Below, one piece after another: positions 45,724 through 50,599 of a DNA stretch of 50,599 bases. Origin of the DNA: a virus (Duplodnaviria; Caudoviricetes). The stretch is taken from positions 1 through 50,599 of IMG/VR virus record IMGVR_UViG_3300029179_000003, one strand, 5' to 3'. The first letter of the stretch is position 1; each line of letters begins with the position of its first letter. Below the pieces are notes generated by a model, which did no database searches, had not been told where the DNA came from, and worked only from the letters and a program-made list of their open reading frames with translations. The position numbers and the translations under genes are program-made.

Positions 45724-45728
45724 GACGA

Positions 45729-46103
45729 TCAGTAGTCGTCTTCGTCCTCGTCGTCGTCGTCGTCCAGATCGTCCAGATCGTCGTCTTCGTCGTCGTCGTC
45801 CAGATCATCGAAATCATCGAAATCGTCGTCCAGATCGTCGTCATCCAGATCGTCATCCAGATCGTCGTCGAAGTCGTCGTCGTCGTCGTCCCAATCGTCA
45901 TCCAGATCGTCGTCGTCGTCGTCCAGATCGTCCAGATCGTCGTCGTCATCTTCGTCGTCGTCATCGTAGGCCGGCGAGGTGGCCTTGTTCAGCAGTTCGT
46001 CTTCGTCATTGAACGGCATGGGTGCATCTCCTTCTTCCAGAAACTCGTACACTTCTTGCAACCAGATCGGCAGCACGTCATCCCTTGAGAACTTCGTCAC
46101 CAT
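45729..46103 (-). CDS. Poly-aspartate acidic protein
   Basis: AAGGAG RBS. The C-terminal two thirds is almost only Asp, with spaced L/F/W. Confidence 0.8.
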   Translation of the reverse strand: MVTKFSRDDVLPIWLQEVYEFLEEGDAPMPFNDEDELLNKATSPAYDDDDEDDDDDLDDLDDDDDDLDDDWDDDDDDFDDDLDDDLDDDDLDDDFDDFDDLDDDDEDDDLDDLDDDDDEDEDDY

Positions 46104-46186
46104 GACTTCACTCCTTATTCGAATGGGTACTGCTTCGTCCTTAACGCCTACTTACATACCAGAATCATTTTGGCCTGTCCAGTGCT

Positions 46187-47755
46187 TTATTTGCGAACTT
46201 GATACCTGATAAAGCACCCTACTTTTACGGTCGGACGATTGACTACAGCCGGGTCTGGTTTACGGCCACAACCACAACCGTTGTGGTTCTGAGGCTTGTA
46301 TGGCCTGTAATACTCAATCTGCGTGGGGTTGGTTGCATTGTTTGCGACACTGATACTTCCGCACCCACAGGCGAAATGAGATCTTACCAACTTTCCATCA
46401 CAAATTTCAAATGGCGTATCGTCTCTTTTGCCCACCTTGTCCGTCTCATGTAGATACTTCAACATGTGGTGCGCCGCCTCGACGGAGTCCTGCGTGTGGC
46501 TCGATACATCCACTTGCAGCTTCATCAGAGGATTGTGAGACAAAGATGATACACCAAGACGCTCCATGTGGTTAGACACATGAAGTCTGGTTAGTGGCCG
46601 CACCTCTGGCTTGGTGTTTAGGTTCAAGCCGACATGCATGATCGTAACTGGCGTGATGAGATTTCTATTTACAAAGATATCCCACATCCTATCATGATAC
46701 AGCTTATCTGTGCTGAAATCGCACCACAACATAGTTTTGACGATACTTTCAAAGAAGTTCGGCTGTGCTGGGGCATGTTGTATTGTTTTGAACAAGAAAC
46801 GTGAGATAGTGTCACGAGCGTTCTTTACAGCCTGCACTGGCTCTACCTTCTTAGCTAGGTTGTCACCATAGATCATAACGAATACATCGTAGATAGCACC
46901 ACTGATGATTCTTGAGAAGTTATGTGGTTCGGCACAGATAGCATCATCTCGACCTTCATTAGGAAGGGTTGAAGGATCTATGTACTTGAAATCGTTCCAT
47001 AGGTTCCTGAGCCAATTGGGGTTCCTGCCGCCAGCAACTCCTTCTGCGGTCCATACAGCCCTGCCAAATTCTTCTGCTATACGGCTGGCAAGGTTATTGC
47101 TACCCATATGTCCGCCAGTCTCGTTTAGGATATGGTGGATGATCTCATCGTTTTGGAGCGTCGTGAGGAAGGCGTTCAAATCGCCGAATGCCTCGTGGAA
47201 GGCCCAGCCCTCTATGTAGGCTAGGTTCCATAGGTCTGGCCTATAGGCATCAAGGATGGCATGGCCTAGTTCGTGCGCAACGATATCAGCAGAGCTAGCA
47301 GTGTAGATGTCTCTACCAGTGCCGCCTGGGTCTTTCTCGTAGAAGAACGAGAGCGTTCTTCGGTCGTAGTAGGCATTGAGGCTACGGCCCGCTCGTGGAT
47401 AGACATTTAGGCTCCTGGCTGTTGACCAGCGAGCAATCTTCTTCTCGGCATGACGGTTTACGTTATCCAGAGAATTAGTGATAGTGACCATCACATTCGC
47501 AGCCTGTCCTTGTATGCTTTCCGGTTCACTACCTCCACCCTGATATCCTACTACTGTGAATGCAGGGTTAGATGGCGGTGGCGGCACAGCAACTTGCTTG
47601 ACTAGGTGCGGCGTACTTGGGTCATTCATTAAATATGTAATTGGGCTTGTGTTGACCTTGACGGGCGAAGCATTTGTAGGTTGTTTGTCTTTGGCCGGTC
47701 GAAGGACAATTTTGATTCCTTGTCTCCCAACTAATTCTTTGTTGATAGAAAGCAT
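46187..47755 (-). CDS. Thermolysin/fungalysin-like (M4/M36) zinc metalloprotease
   Basis: NAYY, DIVAHELGH, HEAFGD and EPH motifs. GGAGG RBS. Confidence 0.88.
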   Translation of the reverse strand: MLSINKELVGRQGIKIVLRPAKDKQPTNASPVKVNTSPITYLMNDPSTPHLVKQVAVPPPPSNPAFTVVGYQGGGSEPESIQGQAANVMVTITNSLDNVNRHAEKKIARWSTARSLNVYPRAGRSLNAYYDRRTLSFFYEKDPGGTGRDIYTASSADIVAHELGHAILDAYRPDLWNLAYIEGWAFHEAFGDLNAFLTTLQNDEIIHHILNETGGHMGSNNLASRIAEEFGRAVWTAEGVAGGRNPNWLRNLWNDFKYIDPSTLPNEGRDDAICAEPHNFSRIISGAIYDVFVMIYGDNLAKKVEPVQAVKNARDTISRFLFKTIQHAPAQPNFFESIVKTMLWCDFSTDKLYHDRMWDIFVNRNLITPVTIMHVGLNLNTKPEVRPLTRLHVSNHMERLGVSSLSHNPLMKLQVDVSSHTQDSVEAAHHMLKYLHETDKVGKRDDTPFEICDGKLVRSHFACGCGSISVANNATNPTQIEYYRPYKPQNHNGCGCGRKPDPAVVNRPTVKVGCFIRYQVRK

Positions 47756-47799
47756 ATATCCTCCCCTCCTATATATGATTATTTATGGGAGGTTGTATT

Positions 47800-48315
47800 A
47801 TGCATCCGAAGGAAAGAGCGATTAAAGAGAAGAGATTGTACCAAGCAACCCGTAACAACTACATGGGCGCTGCTGGTAAGATCGGTCAGATCGCCAAGTG
47901 GCTGGGGACTCCGATCATTCGCCAGGGTAGCGGCATGATGGATGCTACCTATCTGGAAGATCCGTATAAGACGCCAAGCGAGGATATACCTGTGGCTGAG
48001 GACGAGCATCATTGTATGGAGGGCTGGCTATTTGATGGGTTAGGACGTGGTTTACATCTAGAGATCAAGTACACACATTCGGACAAGAAGCTAACAGTGG
48101 ATTACAAGGGCTACCGTGTGTATACGGAGGTGGCAGGGGATCTGGACTCGTATGCTCCTTTCCCTGAATGGGAGAGCGTGATTGAGATGTTGTACAAGAG
48201 GGCAAAGGAGAGGCAGAAAAAGGTGGAGGTACTGATGAAGGCGGAAGAGGATATTTCGATGATGGGAAAAGCGAAAAACTTCCTGCAAATGTTGCGTTTT
48301 AAGTGGGGAATTTGA
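47800..48315 (+). CDS. Hypothetical protein
   Basis: GGAGG RBS before ATG47800, in frame with the track ORF. Confidence 0.75.
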   Translation: MHPKERAIKEKRLYQATRNNYMGAAGKIGQIAKWLGTPIIRQGSGMMDATYLEDPYKTPSEDIPVAEDEHHCMEGWLFDGLGRGLHLEIKYTHSDKKLTVDYKGYRVYTEVAGDLDSYAPFPEWESVIEMLYKRAKERQKKVEVLMKAEEDISMMGKAKNFLQMLRFKWGI

Positions 48316-48378
48316 TACAATAGAACTACATTACCAAATCAAGCAATTGTGCTTGAGTAACAAGAGAAAGGTTTAGTC

Positions 48379-48492
48379 ATGGCTAAGGGCAATAACGCTC
48401 AAGGTAAGGATAAGAAGAAGGAGAAGGCTAAGAAGGCCACTCCGACGAAGAAGGATGCTCCGAAGAAGGCTCCACCGAAGAAGAAGGGCTAA
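48379..48492 (+). CDS. 37-aa Lys-rich basic peptide (not in the ORF track)
   Basis: MAKGNNAQGKDKKKEKAKKATPTKKDAPKKAPPKKKG*. AAAGG RBS, and every Lys uses AAG. Confidence 0.75.
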   Translation: MAKGNNAQGKDKKKEKAKKATPTKKDAPKKAPPKKKG

Positions 48493-48661
48493 CCAAGTCC
48501 TTCAAGTGTTCAAATGTGCTATAGGTATCGCCCTCACCTAGAAGTTGCATCTCCAACATATTGCTGTAAGATTGTGTGACACGGAGGTAGTGCTTGGCTT
48601 TAATAGCTGGCACTACCTCTTCTTTTCCATACGGGAAGTTGATTAGCGTGTATTTCCACAT
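48428..48661 (-). CDS. Hypothetical protein
   Basis: Fills the gap. The 3' end overlaps the basic peptide gene convergently. Confidence 0.45.
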   Translation of the reverse strand: MWKYTLINFPYGKEEVVPAIKAKHYLRVTQSYSNMLEMQLLGEGDTYSTFEHLKDLVSPSSSVEPSSEHPSSSEWPS

Positions 48662-48670
48662 GTCATATAA

Positions 48671-48702
48671 TAGAAAGAAGCCGGGTTTTTGGCCCGGCTT
48701 CT
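48671..48702 (-). terminator. Rho-independent terminator
   Basis: AGAAGCCGGG/CCCGGCTTCT 10-bp stem, followed on the minus strand by TTCTA, just downstream of 48724..49305. Confidence 0.75.
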
Positions 48703-48723
48703 GGAATTGTATCGTGGTGCCTG

Positions 48724-49305
48724 TTACATACCAAGCATGATGTACCCGAAGAATGCTAGTTGTACTACGATGATCACTGACATTACTATCATGGCGATCA
48801 CGTCGCTCTTTTTCTTCTGCTCTACGTTTTGTTCAACGACAGTTTGAGCCTTGAGTGCAGTTGGCTGCGGCGCTGCTTGGGCAGGTGCAGAGAAACTGAA
48901 CAGAGGCGCTCTTTTCGTCTCAGCTTGTTTTTCCATCAATGCAGAAATGCCTGCGACCACTGCGTCAGCAACAACAGGGCCAAGCTCTTTCTTAGAAACG
49001 TAACCGAGAGAGTGAAGTTCTGCATTGTCGGCGGTGGCAATGTGTTCACGAACTTGTAGCTTGACGTGCGGGTCAACAGCGTTGAGCTTCACGTCCACTA
49101 TTTCGCCGTCTTTGATGGTTTCCACCTTTTGTTCGGCGAGGATCTCTTTACGTTTCTCAGTAATCCTTTTCTCTAGCTTGAGAGGACGCTTCTCCTCGAC
49201 AAACACCTCGATTACTTTTTCGCCAGCTTCGTTGTGGCTAATGTGGCGTTCAGCAATTCTTCCATCTTCGAGAGTAAATCTCTCAACTTTCTTAGAAGTA
49301 TCCAC
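48724..49305 (-). CDS. Hypothetical protein with C-terminal membrane anchor
   Basis: AGGAGG RBS, GTG start and a hydrophobic C-terminal helix. Confidence 0.8.
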   Translation of the reverse strand: MDTSKKVERFTLEDGRIAERHISHNEAGEKVIEVFVEEKRPLKLEKRITEKRKEILAEQKVETIKDGEIVDVKLNAVDPHVKLQVREHIATADNAELHSLGYVSKKELGPVVADAVVAGISALMEKQAETKRAPLFSFSAPAQAAPQPTALKAQTVVEQNVEQKKKSDVIAMIVMSVIIVVQLAFFGYIMLGM

Positions 49306-49395
49306 ATCCCCCTCCTATGGGTTAGATTGAGAACCTAACTTATATAGTGAGGAGGATGTAAAATTCAACAACGAGAGCATCGGTAATAAGCGGCG

Positions 49396-49737
49396 TCAAG
49401 CGCCATTCCTAATAAAGTCGATAATCTCGTTCCGAACCAAAGTGGTTTCAGATGGGTCTTTCGTAGCCGCTGCTTTGCTCTTGCGGAGCCGGCTGTAGTC
49501 GCCGTACTTGGCAATACGGTCCTTCCGATAGCTCTTGACTGGAGCCTCGCTGATCGCTCTCAGCTTGCTTCCTTCCCTCATCTCGTAACCGATGATGAGG
49601 GAAGGAAGATCCTCGATGATCAGAACGGTGCGGCGCACCGGATGTGTGTGGCTCTTGCCCTGGTAATAGAATCGTGCCACCGGGGCCGACTTGATGATGT
49701 CGTAGTTCTTGGTTTCATGCGACGTAGATGCTGTCAT
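49396..49737 (-). CDS. Hypothetical protein
   Basis: AAGGAG RBS. Overlaps the 3' end of the CYTH gene. Confidence 0.75.
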   Translation of the reverse strand: MTASTSHETKNYDIIKSAPVARFYYQGKSHTHPVRRTVLIIEDLPSLIIGYEMREGSKLRAISEAPVKSYRKDRIAKYGDYSRLRKSKAAATKDPSETTLVRNEIIDFIRNGA

Positions 49738-50317
49738 GTCTCACTCCTTGAAGTTGTTGGTATAGTTCCTTTGTGTAGGCCACGTCTCCCAACCTTTTAT
49801 TAGAAAACCTGTCATCTGTCAAGGGGACAGAATACAACAAGTATTCCTCAATGAACGCCGGCAACCTGTCCGGGCGACCCGCTCCTTCAGGCAATTCAAC
49901 CTCAGCCATGACGAAATACATGTGATCATGCTGGTCGAAGAAGAAGTCAACTTCCCACTTCAAAGGCTTGTGGTTGTAGTGGTTCCCTACATCATCGAGA
50001 ATGATGTAACGCTTCTTCCGCAACTTACCGATGCAGCGACCCCACAACTCCTCACCATCCCTGGTGTCGATCTTCTGTTCCAGTTCTATGGTTCTGGTAT
50101 CCACTTTATGTTTGAAAGTGAAGAACCAGTTCGTCTTCTTGTGGTGGTCGTCGCAACTTTTCTTGGTCGTGACTTTCCGAATGCGAGCCGTCGTCCCTTT
50201 GCTGTAGACGATGTATCCCTGCTCAATGTTTTCCAATCGATGATGCATGACGGAAGCTGTGTGCAACGCTTCCTTGGAGTTACATAGGACGTACTTATAC
50301 TCGTGTTCGGTAGGCAT
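49715..50317 (-). CDS. CYTH-domain (triphosphate tunnel metalloenzyme) protein
   Basis: EHEYK (ExExK), RIR, K.RY, WEVDFF and AEVEL motifs. Confidence 0.88.
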   Translation of the reverse strand: MPTEHEYKYVLCNSKEALHTASVMHHRLENIEQGYIVYSKGTTARIRKVTTKKSCDDHHKKTNWFFTFKHKVDTRTIELEQKIDTRDGEELWGRCIGKLRKKRYIILDDVGNHYNHKPLKWEVDFFFDQHDHMYFVMAEVELPEGAGRPDRLPAFIEEYLLYSVPLTDDRFSNKRLGDVAYTKELYQQLQGVRHDSIYVA

Positions 50318-50580
50318 CAGACACCCCTTAGCAGTTGGCGAACATGGTCAACGGTGTTCCGAGAGTCATCGATCTGATTCTCATAGAACACATGCATGGT
50401 CGAGCCGTCTGGCCCTCCTAAGACTTCACATTGTTGCATACGTAGGTCATACATTGCAACCCTGTCTTCTTCCATCTTCAACACTTGTTCCAGTTGCTCT
50501 TTTGGATTCCAAAGATGCTCTGGGAACTTCTCTGCTCGAAATGTCGGCTCGCCCCCCAGGCCAATCAGCTTGTCGGCTTC
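50317..50580 (-). CDS. 5'-truncated ferritin/bacterioferritin-like protein (not in the ORF track)
   Basis: Manual translation gives ..ADKLIGLGGEPT...LEQVLKMEEDRVAMY...DGSTMHVFYENQIDDSRNTVDHVRQLLRGV*. The TGATG stop is coupled to the CYTH start. Confidence 0.7.
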   Translation of the reverse strand, partial: EADKLIGLGGEPTFRAEKFPEHLWNPKEQLEQVLKMEEDRVAMYDLRMQQCEVLGGPDGSTMHVFYENQIDDSRNTVDHVRQLLRGV

Positions 50581-50582
50581 CT

Positions 50583-50599
50583 GATCGTGACTGGGAAAC
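50583..50599 (-). other. Random-amplification primer, library artefact
   Basis: GATCGTGACTGGGAAAC is the reverse complement of 1-17. Confidence 0.93.

Noticed and set aside
45596-46012. Arg-rich (+) and Thr-rich (-) ORFs over the GAC/TCG repeat
   Set aside because: They are shadow frames of the poly-Asp gene, cross the terminator and lack an RBS.
1-50599. Perfect 17-bp terminal inverted repeat suggesting a linear genome end or transposon
   Set aside because: It matches the random-PCR primer GTTTCCCAGTCACGATC, and both ends interrupt open reading frames.
1-50599. Stop-codon reassignment as seen in some large phages
   Set aside because: Long genes are intact in the standard code, and TAA, TAG and TGA all end genes at tightly coupled junctions.

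Overview
This window is about 50.6 kb of a large, T4-superfamily-like contractile-tailed (myovirus) phage genome. It is read in the standard genetic code and is densely coding. Both ends carry the 17-nt random-amplification primer GTTTCCCAGTCACGATC, which is a library artefact. The first 22 kb are a virion module: a partial tape-measure-like gene, tube initiator, gp53-, hub-, gp5-, gp25-, gp6- and gp7-like baseplate genes, and three paralogous PKD/fibre proteins. A glycosylation gene set (GT9 x3, GT2-GT9 fusion, Maf-like, GT4, RmlA) is interleaved with virion genes. The rest holds an actin-like ATPase, a nuclease-less terminase paralog, a 1474-aa low-complexity Zn-finger protein, primase, a Cas4-like nuclease, nucleotide-processing enzymes, two proteases, poly-acidic and poly-basic mini-proteins, and a partial ferritin-like gene. 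The most novel signal is a set of degenerate copies of core morphogenesis proteins: two gp23 capsid fragments, a tail-tube-like fragment and a terminase ATPase. Two of these, plus one unrelated protein, share a C-terminal tag [WD]-L-[KT]-[ED]-G-F-stop. All family calls come from motif recognition by eye; no database searches were run. No tRNA, rRNA, CRISPR array or IS element was seen.
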